64,000 nt of DNA from Eledone cirrhosa (taxonomy: Eukaryota): the NCBI GenBank assembly GCA_964016885.1, contig OZ024745.1:118110001-118174000 (forward strand). The letters run 5' to 3'. Each line of letters begins with the position of its first letter. Position 1 is the stretch's first letter. This document shows positions 12,651 through 26,239 of the stretch, one piece after another. The position numbers and the translations under genes were made by a program. Below the pieces are notes generated by a model. That model was not told where the DNA came from, searched no databases, and was given only the letters and a program-made list of their open reading frames with translations.

Positions 12651-13129
12651 GAAGTAGCAGAAGAGTCACTAAAATACAATTTTGTATAGTATGAGAAACA
12701 CCCAAGAGGAGGACCACCACCAAGGGCCAATAAGGAAGCCCTATACATAGATCCAGTGTTACTCTAGTGACCATGTATTACAGGTGCAAGCTGAGATTGG
12801 GCCAAATCACATAGGCCACTGCTCTCACTCATCTTTCAACAAAGTTTCTTATATAAGTGCAATCCTTCAGATTTATATGGAAAAGAAAATAAGGTTGTAT
12901 GGCCTTCATTACTTTTTCCAAAGATATGAACCTTCAACTGAATGGAACATCTAGAACTTGGAATTGAATTTCAGGTTGGAGATTTGATTTATTTAGAGAT
13001 TAGCTTAATACATCATGAAGTGAAATAGCTACACCCAGGAATTGATCTTCTGCTGTTTCAATGAACTTCCAACTGAGACTATTCGTACATAAAACTGTTG
13101 ACCATAGATTTATCATACATGCAAGCTTT

Positions 13130-13352
13130 GAATAATGGTTTCTTATATAGGCACAAGGCCAGCAATTTTGGGGGAGGGGAAAGTCGATTATATCGACCCC
13201 AGTGCATGACTGGTACTTTACTTTATCCACTCCATAAAGATGAAAGGCAAAGTTAACCTCGGCGGGATTTGAACTCAGATCATAAAGGACCATAACTCTA
13301 TGCTGAAAAGTATGTTGTCAGACCCTCTACCAATACTGCCAATCCACCACCC
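13130..13352 (-). mobile_element. SINE family A, full length
   Basis: Head ggtggattggcagtattggtagag, B box, core and tail on the minus strand. Confidence 0.85.
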
Positions 13353-13576
13353 TGCAAGCATTGAATAATAATAAATAGAAAATTTTGATTTTAATGGCTG
13401 ATTTTGTTCAAAATGTGAAAATAAGTAAAGAGAGTTTCACTAGAAAGAATTTCCAAGATTTTTAGTGATGGGCTGTAGGAATGGAATATGATAGGCTTAA
13501 AAGGTTAAAGTTTGTTACCAATGGCCAATAGGTTGTTGAGTAATTCTTCAATAAAGATGTTCTTGATATACACATA

Positions 13577-13909
13577 TCATCATCATTTCATTTTACGTCC
13601 GCTTTTTCCCTGCTTGCAAGGGTGGGACGGGAACTGATTCTGGCTTGATTTCTACAGCTGGATGCCCTTCCTAACACCAACCTCATTTACAGTGAGTGCT
13701 GGGTGCATTTTTGCCGTGGCACCTCCACGACCACTTTGCAGTGGTATGATAGGGACCCCAGTCCCTATCACCTCATTTCTACAGCTGAGTAAACTGGAGC
13801 AATGTGAAATAAAGTGTCTTGCTCAAGGAAACAACACATCACCCAGTCTGAGAATTGAACTCACAACCTTTGCAAGGCCAATGCTCTAACCACTAAGCCA
13901 TGTGCCTCC
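13577..13909 (-). mobile_element. tRNA-derived SINE, family B (CORE-like body, (ATG)n tail)
   Basis: Head ggaggcacatggcttagtggttagagc, B box gagttcaattc, ccttgagcaagacactt, ggtgttaggaagggcatccagc, tail atgatgatg. Confidence 0.85.
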
Positions 13910-14159
13910 ATATACATAGACATAAATAGATACATATATATGTGAAGAAAATAGAATACAGGAATACAGGAATATCAGAAGAAAATGGAACAGATGACAA
14001 GAATATGATGACACAGACACACACATACACATACAAATAGACACACACTTATATATACACTTATCATTCACATAGATATTTAGTTATGCACCTAGAAAAC
14101 AAACATACACAGAAACAGTGGCAATTAATTAAACATACATAGAATGAAACACATGGATA

Positions 14160-16562
14160 GACACACACATCCATACACAGACACACACCCATACATACAC
14201 ACATACACATACACACATACACACCCATACATACACATACACACACACATACACACATACACACCCATACATACACATACACACTCACATACACATCCAT
14301 ACATACACATACACATCCATACATATCCATACATACACATACACATCCATACATACACATACACACACATACACACACATACATACACACACACATACAT
14401 ACACACCCATATATGCACACCCATACACACACACACACATACATACACACCCATATATGCACACCCATACATACACATACACACATACATACACACCCAT
14501 ATATGCACACCCATACATACATACACACACATACATACACACCCATATATGCACACCTATACATACACATACACACATACATACACACCCATATATGCAC
14601 ACCCATACACACACACACATACATACACACCCATATATGCACACCTATACATACAAACACACACATACACACCCATATATGCACACCTATACATACACAC
14701 ACATACATACACACCCATATATGCACACCTATACATACACATACACACATACATACACACCCATATATGCACACCCATACATACACACACACACATACAT
14801 ACACACCCATATATGCACACCCATACACACACACACACATACATACACACCCATATATGTACACCTATACACACACACACACATACACACCCATATATGC
14901 ACACCTATACACACACACACATACATACACACCCATATATGCACACCTATACATACACACACATACATACACACCCATATATGTACACCTATACACACAC
15001 ACACACACATACACACCCATATATGCACACCTATACACACACATACATACACACCCATATATGCACACCTATACATACACACACACATACATACACACCC
15101 ATATACACACACCTATACATACACACACACATACATACATACATACACACCCATATACACACACCTATACATACACACACACATACATACATACACACCC
15201 ATATACACACACCTATACATACACATACATACACACCCATATACACACACCTATACATACACACACATACATACATACACACCCATATACACACACTTAT
15301 ACATACACATACACACCCATATACACACACCTATACATACACACACACATACATACATACATACACACCCATATACACACACCTATACATACACATACAC
15401 ACATACATACACACCCATATACACACACCTATACATACACATACACACACATACATACACACCCATATACACACACCTATACATACACACACACACATCC
15501 ATATACACACACCTATACATACACATACATACATACACACCCATATACACACACCTATACATACACATACACACCCATATACACACACCTATACATACAC
15601 ATACACACACACCCATATACACACACCTATACATATACACACACACACATACATACACACCTATATATGCACACCTATACATACACACACATACATACAC
15701 ACCCATATATGCACACCTATACATACACACCCATATATGCACATCTATACATACACATACACACATACATACACACCCATATACACACACCTATACATGC
15801 ACACACACATACATACATACACACCCATATACACACACCTATACATACACACACACATACATACATACACACCCATATACACACACCTATACATACACAT
15901 ACACACACATACATACACACCCATATACACACACCTATACATACACATACACACACATACATACACACCCATATACACACACCTATACATACACACACAC
16001 ACACATCCATATACACACACCTATACATACACACACACACACATCCATATACACACACCTATACATACACATACACATACATACATACACACCCATATAC
16101 ACACACCTATACATACACATACACACCCATATACACACACCTATACATACACATACACACACACCCATATACACACACCTATACATATACACACACACAC
16201 ATACATACACACCCATATATGCACACCTATACATACACACACATACATACACACCCATATATGCACACCTATACATACACACCCATATATGCACATCTAT
16301 ACATACACATATACACACATACATACACACCCATATATGCACACCTATACATACACATACACACATACATACACACCCATATACACACACCTATACATAC
16401 ACACACACATACATACATACACACCCATATACACACACCTATACATACACATACACACACATACATACACACCCATATACACACACCTATACATACACAT
16501 ACATACACATCCATATACACACACCTATACATACACACACACACATACACACACACACACAC
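14160..16562. repeat. 2.4-kb compound CA/TA minisatellite
   Basis: Variable ~35-45-bp units built on cacacccatatatgcacacctatacatac. Confidence 0.97.
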
Positions 16563-16812
16563 CCTAAGATGTATTCACATGATGGTAATGAGAATTTCAA
16601 GATATTTGAATGTTGATAGAAATACTTTCCATGAGATATGTACTCCCCCCCCCCCCTTCTCTCTATTATAGACCTCTTCATTCAACTCTAACATCATTAA
16701 TAGTTTTCACTATTATCCTCCTCCTCCTCCTCCTCATCATCATCATCATCATCATCATCATCACTATGGTTGATATTGTCACAATCCCTATAGCCATTGG
16801 AGTTATTGTCAT

Positions 16813-17152
16813 CACATGGCTTAGTGGTTAGAGCATTGGTCTTGCAATCGAAAGGTTGTGAGTTCAATTCTCAGACTGGGTGATGTGTTGTTTCCTTGAG
16901 CAAGACACTTTATTTCACATTGCCCCAGTTTACTCAGCTGTAGAAATAAGATGATAGGGACTGGGGTCCATATGATTCCACTGCAAAGTGGTCGTGGAGG
17001 TGCCACGGCAAAAAAGCACCCAGTACTCACTGTAAATGAGGTTGGTGTTAGGAAGGGCATCCAGCTGTAGAAATCAAGCCAGAATTAGTTCCCATCCCAC
17101 CCTTGCAAGCAGGGAAAAGCGGTCGTAAAATGAAATGATGAATGATGATGAT
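16813..17152 (+). mobile_element. SINE family B, inverted relative to 13577-13909
   Basis: Near reverse complement of 13577-13909. Confidence 0.85.
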
Positions 17153-19234
17153 GTACATTATGATAGAGTAGTCTGCCAATAATCTCCTTTTCCAAGACAG
17201 GAGAGATATAATTATTAGGTGAGCAACCCAAGATGTTCTCATGCCAATCAGTTAAAACTGTGCCGATTAGAAGAATCCTAGAATTGATTTTAGCAAAGTC
17301 CTGGAAGGTCAAAGATCATTGATTGTTGTTGTTTAGTCTCAAGTCAGCTCCAATCAAACAAACCTATGATCAAAGGTGTTCGAGGTGGAATTATCCTCTA
17401 TTTTCCCAAAGGCACAATGCACCTGTGACTATATTCTTCAATGTATCCTACTCTAAGTCAGTAACATGTGAATCTGGGGGGATTTGGTTGCTATTTCTAA
17501 TATGTCAGTTGATTGTGTAGAGGCTTTTTCAGGACCATTTGTCTGCAACACAGCAGATTAAGAAACTAAACTGGTCAGTGTAAAGAGACTACCAAAACAC
17601 TCAATGTTTGTGATTAGTAAAGAAGACGTTAAATCAGACAATGATGATGATGTTGCGGATGGTCTTTGTGGATGACTTTATCTTGTTGATGTAGGCATTG
17701 TTTTAGACTGTACAACAGGTAAACAATGCTGGATGTCATCAAATATTAATGACATGCTGTTACATATAACTAGATGTACTTCTACACATGATATGCATGC
17801 AGGTATCAGCCATATGCAACACAGACAACTTCTACCATGAACAGAAAACCATTCATTGTCAGAAAATACTTCATTGTAGATCAAGTGTTAAGCTCTAGAG
17901 CTCTAGGGCTTCAAATATTAGAAACCCACCCACACATCTATGATGGCACTACTGCTACACACACACATTTACAATCTCATATATAAAATGCAATCTAGCT
18001 GATTGCCAAAGAATCTCCCACTGCCATTACCAACAGTCTACAGCCAGTAAACCATAAAAGTGCAGCTCATTCTCTCTATTTCTTTTCTTCTGTTAATCTA
18101 ACAATTTCTGGTGCTTTGAACTAGCAAACCACATCCCACCAAATAATCACCACTCCTCCACTCAACATTTCTACTGTGTCTCACAGAATCTGATACTAAA
18201 TTCTTTGTGCAATCATTTCTCCAGAGAACAGTTTTATTCAGGTATTCTGCTTCTAATCATATTTTCCCTCCAACTTTTTGTTACTGCATATTAATGGGGA
18301 AAATATACATATCACAAGGAAAGAAATATATACAGACGATCAACTTTCATCAAATCGGACCGAGGAAACAATGTTTCCGTTGGTCTTTCCAATTGCTAAT
18401 ACTATCTATCGGTCGCAACTCCAGGTGGAAGGAGCAACGTGAAATAAAGTGTCTTGCTCAAGGACAAAACGCATCGTCCGGTCCATGAACGAACTCACAA
18501 CTTCACGATTGCAAATCCAATTCTCTAACCACTCAGCCACGCCTTCACAAGAAAAGAATTAAAAAGGAAAGAAAATGCTCCTGAAATAGAATGTGAAGAA
18601 ATTACAAGAAAGAGCTGGTGACAGGTAATGGTAAGAAAAAGAGAGAAAATCTGGATGAAACAATAACAGTTGAACTAATAAAGGGAGATAAGAGATGTCA
18701 AGAGGTTATATTACCAATTGAATAGTCAGGTTGATAAAGAGTCTGTAAGGAGGGAGTAGAGTGGGGGAAATGGCTGGATAGTAAGACAACAGGTGGAGAG
18801 AGGCAGAGAGAGTGAGAGAGATAGGGAGGGGGAGTGAGAGAGAGGGAGAGGGAGAGAGAGAGAGGGAGTGAGGGAGGGAGAGAGGAGTGTGAGAGAGAAG
18901 AGGGAGAGATAGGGAGAGGGTGTGAGAGAGAGAGAGATGTCACAACTGTAGTAAAAGATTTACTAGATGTGAAAATAAGCTGTGACAATAATAAATATAA
19001 GCTAAAAATTAAAACAGGAGACAGAAGGAAGGATACTGAAAACTGTCAACAGGTGAACAAATGGAGACTACTCATTCATCAGCTATTGACTGGCTATTAT
19101 TGTAGTTTTGGTTGCTTCAGACACTTCTTAGTACATCAATTGCCCATCAAAAAAGTGGAGCTATCTTGCATAAAAATACAAAACAAGAAGAAATCTTTTG
19201 ACTTAAATATGTTTGTGTGTGTAAGAGAGAGAGA

Positions 19235-19314
<80 letters not shown>

Positions 19315-21827
19315 GTGTGTGTTTGTGAAAAGGCACATATATATATGTCAAATCTCAGAATATGTCCACCTGTCTAATCTATGCCATCGTGGAAAATAGA
19401 CGTAAAATAGTGATGATGATAATGGTATATATGTATATACATACTTATGTATATAAAATAAGTGACCATTGATGGTGTGTGTATCTATCTGCTAAAAGGC
19501 ATAGGGTTAAATATTTAAAAATATATGATAACCTGTTTTTCAATGTGAATGAACTGGGAAAAACCTGTCTGATGAAATGGAATATTCAGTTAACATGTTG
19601 CAGAGTGATGGAATAAAATGAAATTGGAAACAGATAAAAAGCAGCAGAGGAAAAAGGAGTGATTTGATGAGGTGATGTTATGTTCATGGCATGAATTGAT
19701 ATTTTCAAAGAAATATTCTTTAGCAGACATATGAATGAGGTTCTAGTTCACAAAACAATAATATCATCTTCAGAATGAATATACACTTCAACATACCTAT
19801 AAAGGCAAATGTAGTTTAAACTACAAGAGCAAATTATCTTTACAAAATAGTTCTTGTAAATAGCCTGAAAGGAATTTGTATACAATACATTAGAATAGAA
19901 AATATAGTTGTTAATAATGTATGGAAGGAAAAGAAAAGGTACTGGTCCAAGTATTGGATCCATCAAATGTATTTCCTATTTTGAAAGTCACCACATTCAA
20001 GCATACGTGTAACAAGAATGTCTCTTGACTATTTCTTCAAAGCAAACACAAACCTTGCCTGGTTCAAGTTAAACTGTATGTTCTTAGTACTCAATTGGAA
20101 ATTAAGAATGCTATCAAAGGCAGGGTGTACTATTGGATATGGCTACAGCATAGATTTTTTACTGTGTTTGGGGTAAAACACTTTATTCAACATTGCATGA
20201 GTTTCCCTAGCTGTCATGAATATGTCTCAGATTTATAAAGAGTGTTACCTGTGAAACACAATTTTCCTATTCAGGTTCCAGATCAGTTGGAGATGGTTGC
20301 TTCTGACAGGATCCGATGGAGGGACTGTTTAAGGACTCTGCTCCAACAACTCTCTCAGTAATAAGTGGGCGAAGAAAAGAAGGTTCCAGATCAGAGCTGT
20401 GTACCTTTTCTTAAAAGCTTTAGGGACTGAATTGTCATTTGTATTTACAGGGTAAACTGGCACAAATAGAGTAATGGTGCCAAAGTAAAAACTGTAAACA
20501 AATGGATGTAGTTAAGTGAAAAGACATAAACAGACAATCAGTAGACCGCCAACATATTAACTAATTACAACTTTACTTTCACTTTAGAAATCCTTATACA
20601 GTCATTATCTAAATAACAATGAAGACCATTACAATTTCAACCACCATCTTAATAATGGTTTCCCATGCTCATATATGGATAATGTAGTCTATGACATTCA
20701 AATAGACAGGATGGTCATGACTGTAATGGCTTTTATCATATGCCTGCTCAACCAAGAATAAAGGAACTTTTATATGAGAAATACAAACCAAAGTTCAATC
20801 AAATCACACCATATCACTTTAAAAAAAGAATTCATTGACGAATGTAGTCCCTAATATAGAAGAGGAAAGTTATTATCATATATCTGATCAATAGCCTGGG
20901 GATAAATCTAACAAAAAATCCTCTATGTTAGTGATTCTCAATCCTTCTTTTGTCATTTATCCCTTCATCATGATGTACTACACCATTTACCTCCCCTTAT
21001 TTTGTGAAAATATACATCAAATAATCATTATATATAAAATTCCATATCACTGCCAAAACACTATTTTTAAGATAGCATGTTAGCACTAGTAGTAATAATA
21101 ATATTAAAAGCAATCCTTACTCTAGCTTTGAGACAGGATATGCTAATCAAAATATAAATGAACCAGAATGCATTTGTAATAATTTTAACAGCAAATCAAT
21201 TGTCTATTACATTAATATTATGTTGATGATCATAGCTGTTGTTATAGTCGCCATTTTACAATTCCTCAAGATACAGCTTGAATAATAGAGTTTACAAAGG
21301 CAAAGGACCATAAGCAGTATAGAAATTGCTTGATTCTATATTTTCAAACACTATAGGAATTAACAATGTTTTATATCACTGCTTTGTATAAAACACAAAC
21401 AAAATCAAAATCCCTCCTAACAAACATACATTTCAAACATGTCCTTTTAACCAAGAGTATTTGAGAAGACATAGCCTTCAAATCATATTTGGTTTGTTAA
21501 TAAACATTCAGCTTTGGTTAACACAATATATATATTGTTCATTCATAGGTGAATAAAAACAAATATGAGACTACTTATAATACTGTGTAGGAAGTTGAGA
21601 AAGCTTAGGAGAAGGTGGTGCTTAGTATGTAAGCCTGAAATTTATAAAAAATATATGGAGCTTTTTCGTGCAGGCTTTTCCAACATAATCTTAATACATA
21701 TAACAGAAATAAAAGAAATATTAAATATATGGCAAGAGTAGAAATTGACATTAAAATGATCATATATTCTATTAAATATTATATATGTATAAATATATAT
21801 ATATATATATAGTAATAATAATAAATT

Positions 21828-22860
21828 TGAAGACTAAAATCCAAAGAGAGCTCGATAAGGATAAATATATATCAAGAACCGTAGAGAAAATATTTATTAA
21901 AATAACAGATTAAAATTTAAGCAAAGAATCGCTGCTTTCACCCTTAACGGGATCTTCTGAAACTAAAAAGTCAATCTGTGAACGCAGAAGTAAATATTTC
22001 AAAAAACGTTGCAACCGAAGGAAGACAGGAAGATGATACTTTGGTTCGTGGAAACCTTCCCTGGCAAAGAACGAAAAAAAAAACGAAGATAATACGCCAT
22101 TAATTGGAACGGTGAAAACAATTACACGCAAAGACAAAACCACGTTTATGGTATAACTGAAGTCGTAGACTAAAATTCTATTTAGGAAACCGAATGATTC
22201 TCGGCTTCCGAGTTAAGAATAAAGTAAATAAAATACAGAGGTAATTGAAATTAAATATGTACATACACGCATCCATATTCATACGTACACAAGCATGGCG
22301 AGATTTTTCGCGTATGCTTGTGTACGTAAGTATATGGATGCGTGTATGCATATATTTAATTTCAATTACCTCTGTATTTTATTTACTTTATTCTTAACTC
22401 TGAAGCCGAGAATCATTCGGTTTCCTAAATAGAATTTTAGACTACGACTTCAGTTATACCATTTACGTGGTTTTGTCTTTGCGTGTAATTGTTCTCACGT
22501 TCCACATAATGACATATTATCTTCGTTTTTTCCGTTCATTGCCAGAGAACGTCTCCATGAACCACCTAATAGAATATTAGTCTACGACTTTATTTATACC
22601 ATAAACGTGGTTTTGTCTTTGCGTGTAATTGTTTTCACCGCCGCAAATAATGACGTATTATCTTCGTTTTTTTTTTCGTTCTTTGCCAGGGAAGGTTTCC
22701 TCGAACCAAAGTATCGTCTTCCTGTCTTCTTTCGGTTGCAAGGTTTTTGAAATATTTACTTCTGCCTTCACAGATTGACTTTTTTAGTTTTAGAAGATCC
22801 CGTTAAGGGTGAAAGCAGCGATTCTTTGCTTAAACTTTAATCTGTTATTTTAATAAATAT
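21828..22860. mobile_element. ~1 kb fold-back (long inverted repeat) element, probably inverted PLE termini
   Basis: 21890-22300 is the reverse complement of 22306-22860, with the centre near 22303. The right arm has an extra ~140-bp tandem duplication (about 22425-22705). Flanked by (TA)n. Confidence 0.8.
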
Positions 22861-22877
22861 ATATATATATATATATA

Positions 22878-23882
22878 ATATTTTCGTATCGTGAGAGAGT
22901 AGAGGTTTAAAGGGATAAGCGATACATATAGTTCATTGCCAAAAGCTGGTGCTTTTGTGCTCAATACTTGTGCCTACAGGGTTAAATATCGGAAGCATTA
23001 ATATTTAGCGGGCGAGAATATAAGCAGAGTAGTTACAAATGAAAGAATTACAAAGGAGAATACATACTGTTAGAACATGTTTATACAAAAGCACCTATGT
23101 ACGTTTCGCCCGGACAGGGGGTCAAGGGCATACAAATCTAGAGAGTGTTCAGTACAGAACCCAGAAGGGATTTTAAAGTGACAGTCAGATCAAAGTTCAT
23201 TTTTGATTCAAACAGACATGTTGTTATTGTCACCGAGCAAGGGGAGTAACTCTGGCCGGTGTTTGAATAAATGTCCCCAAATGGCTTATTATCCGTTCGC
23301 ATAATGGTTGTTTTCTATTACTATTTTATGGGTGCTACTTTACTATTGCCCAGTCAGGCTGGATCTGAGAGGCATAGTTGGTGTACAGATGTTTAGTTAA
23401 GCAACCTACCCACCGGCGCGTTATGGTTTGGTGCAGGGAGACCCAATTTATGGTGTTCAGGTCTCAACTGGGGTCCAACCATGGAATGACTGCTGTATTC
23501 TGTGTCTGCAGTTTATCACAGATTCTGCTCTGCTGTTGATGAGCTCTAGGGTTGCTCTTATGATATGGTAAAGTTCAATGAGACAAAGCTCACACTTCCT
23601 CTTGAAGTTGTACGGTGTTGCCCTGTTGACAATTTACCAGTAAGTGGAGAAGCTAATGTTGGAGTCTTTTAATGTTGTGATGTAGTTGGCGAGTGATGTG
23701 GAGTATCTTAGCTTCCTGTTTCTAAAAGAGTGGAGATGTGTCCGAAATCTAGTTTTGAACGAGCCAGAGGTGGCCCCTATATAATGCTTGACGCTATTAT
23801 GGGTAGTTATGATGCACCTATAAATAACATTATCTGTCAGGCAACTTCCCCTGAGCAGACAGCTTCCTTGATCTCGACAGTT
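22878..23882 (-). mobile_element. 5'-truncated PLE with a degenerate GIY-YIG ORF (about 23480-23880) absent from the ORF track
   Basis: Manual minus-strand translation: CRDQGSCLLRGSCLTDNVIYRCIITTHNSVKHYIGATSGSFKTRFRTHLHSFRNRK...STSLANYI...W*IVNRATPYNFKRKCELCLIELYHII...INSRAESVINCRH. Bounded by (TA)n. Confidence 0.85.
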
Positions 23883-23935
23883 ATATTATATATATATACA
23901 TATATATGCATATATACATATATATATCTATCTAT

Positions 23936-24704
23936 CTAAGGCGGGTAAAATTCCCGAGATCCATGGACGAGTTCTCTCCAGCGGTCTCTGTCCCTCATTA
24001 TCGCTGCCATATCCTGCATCTCCAACAGACCAGTGTCTGTCCTTAGGGCATCAACATATGTTAACCTTGGTCTTCCTCTCTTCTAGTGTGTCCATGTAGG
24101 GGCTCCCAAAGGAGCACTGAGTGCAATGTCAACTCTGGATGTCGGTGAGCATGTCCAGCTAACCTCAGTCTCCTCTGTGTCACTTTTGAGCTGACTTTTG
24201 GGATGCTCCCATACAGCTCTGAGTTTTTCATCCTCAGTGTATACTGATTAATGTTCAGAGCCATCCTCAGCATTCTCGGATGCTGAATTTGCCGACGACA
24301 TAGTTTTGGTGACAAATACAATGAAGGAGGCAGAGGATTTGATGCGGGAGGTTGAGACTGTGTTGATGAGTGTGGGGCTGAGAATGAATGAGACTAAAAC
24401 AAAATATCTGGTAGAGAATGTTGAGAAGCCAGAGGGGATCACTAATGTAGGCGGGAAGCCGCTGGAATTGGTTGAGGACTTCCTGTATTTGGGAGCAAAG
24501 ATTGGGAATACGGAAGATGATGTGGTTGAGAGGAAGAGCAAGGCCTGGGCGGCGTGTCACAGCTTGAGATCGGTGTGGAAGTCGGACCTTCGTAGAGACC
24601 TGAAAATCCGCCTCTTCATTGCTGTAGTGGAGTCTGTGCTGCTGTATGGGTCTGAGACTTGGACACTGACCAAGAGACTCACTCAGATGGTGGATGGGTG
24701 CTAC
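23936..24704 (-). mobile_element. RTE-type LINE with a 5' inversion
   Basis: 23936-24275 matches 59135-59473 directly. 24276-24704 (+ strand, EFADDIVL...LYLG...VLLYGSETW) is the reverse complement of 59477-59892. Confidence 0.9.
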
Positions 24705-24747
24705 ATATATATATATACATATATATATACATTATATATATATATAC

Positions 24748-24918
24748 CTGTAGAGGGTCGGACGCCATGCCTTGACGCAAAGAGTTACAGCCCTTGCCAT
24801 TCTGAGTTCAAATCCCGCCGAGGTTAACTTTGCCTTTCATCCTTACGGGGTCGATAAAATAAAGTACCAGTAATGTACTGGATAATTGCTGGCCTTGTGC
24901 CAAAAGTAGAAACAATTA
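24748..24918 (+). mobile_element. SINE family A
   Basis: gtagagggtcggacg...gagttcaaatcccgccgagg...gtagaaacaatta. Confidence 0.85.
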
Positions 24919-25027
24919 TATATATATATATACCTATATATGTACATATATATACATTATATATATATATATACACATACATATACATATATATATACAT
25001 TATATATATACAACTATATATATATAT

Positions 25028-25195
25028 ATTGTTATATTTTGGGAGGGTCATGTTGCCAATAAGAAACACACGCACCAGTTGCTTTCACTCCAATTTATTA
25101 TAAATTAAATTTATAAATTTAAGAAATTTGTAAATTTCCCATTGGTTGGTTCCACAACCGGACGGTTGTTCATATATTGTCAAAGTTCTTTCGAA
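25028..25195 (-). mobile_element. 3' end of the same PLE family as 11201-11682, with only the 3' half of the hammerhead
   Basis: The reverse complement matches 11610-11682. 25171-25193 reads cGAAAgaacTTtgacaatatatg, matching 11571-11592. (TA)n on both sides. Confidence 0.65.
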
Positions 25196-25291
25196 ATATA
25201 TATATATGATCGTTGGCAAATCACTGATGAGGGACTCATTTTATAACATGTTATCCATGTGCAACCTGCAGTATTCTTCTCCCCATTTTTT

Positions 25292-25329
<38 letters not shown>

Positions 25330-25819
25330 CACGCACACAAAGGGAGAGAGAGTTGGAAGAGAAGAGGGTAAAAGCTACAGCATTTTTGTTCCTGTAGTAT
25401 ACTATAAAATAGAATGTTATATCCCCAAAAAATAAGAAGCGCATTTTAATAAATATCTAATTGACCTTTTTCCTAGATTTACCTGTTTTGCAGTGATTAT
25501 GAATTATGTACAGGAATAATATGGGGCCAGAGATATTTTACCCTAATAGACCCAGTATAGTAGAATTGCTCTACTACTTCAACTTTTTAAAATTCTGTAT
25601 TCATGCCAACCTTTACCTATGAATCTTGGGTAATAACCAAAAGAATATGATTGCAAATACAAGCGACCGAAATGGAGTTCCTCCAAAGGGTTTTTGGTGT
25701 AATGTTACTTGATAGAAGAAGAAGAAGAAGAAGAAGAAGAAGAAGAAGAAGAAGAAGAAGAAGAAGCAGCTGCTGCTAATCAGCAGGAGACCCAAGAATG
25801 GACTCTGAACAAGATGGCT

Positions 25820-26000
25820 TAATAATTGTTTCTACTTTAGGCACAAGGCCAGCAATTACCCAGTACATTACTGGTACTTTATTTTATCAACCCCGTAAGG
25901 ATAAAAGGCAAAGTTAACCTCGATGGGATTTGAACTCATACCGTAAAGGGACGTAACTATGCTGGAAAGCATGGTGTTCAACCCTCTACCAATACTGCTA
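25820..26000 (-). mobile_element. SINE family A inserted in an RTE fragment
   Basis: Matches the family consensus. Shorter copies at 27266-27372, 32595-32703 and 49866-49969. Confidence 0.8.
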
Positions 26001-26110
26001 AAATCCATGAGCTTGGCTGGTCTTTCTTGGGGATCCAGCTGGATCATCATCATCACCGTTTTATGTCCATTCTTCCACGCTAGCATGGGTTATATATATA
26101 TATGTATATA

Positions 26111-26230
26111 CAAAGACCAAAATCCGAAGAGGGCTTGATCCATAGAGCAAATATTTATTATTAGTACAGATGTTTAAGGTGAAAGCAGAAATTCTTTGCT
26201 TAAACTTTAATCTGTACTAATAATAAATAT
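26111..26230. mobile_element. Miniature, internally deleted version of the 21.8-22.9 kb fold-back element
   Basis: Shares the left flank (aagaccaaaatcc...tagagcaaatatttatta) and the right end (ggtgaaagcag..attctttgcttaaactttaatctgt..taataaatat). Forms an 80-bp hairpin at 26151-26230. Confidence 0.7.
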
Positions 26231-26239
26231 ATATATATA

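Noticed and set aside
14064-16681. His/Thr/Tyr-rich and Cys/Val-rich ORFs up to 807 aa
   Set aside because: Translations of a CA/TA minisatellite; all three + frames stay open.
23480-23880. Selenocysteine recoding in the GIY-YIG copies, as reported for some PLEs
   Set aside because: The in-frame stop seen is TAA, not TGA, and conserved Cys positions are not TGA.
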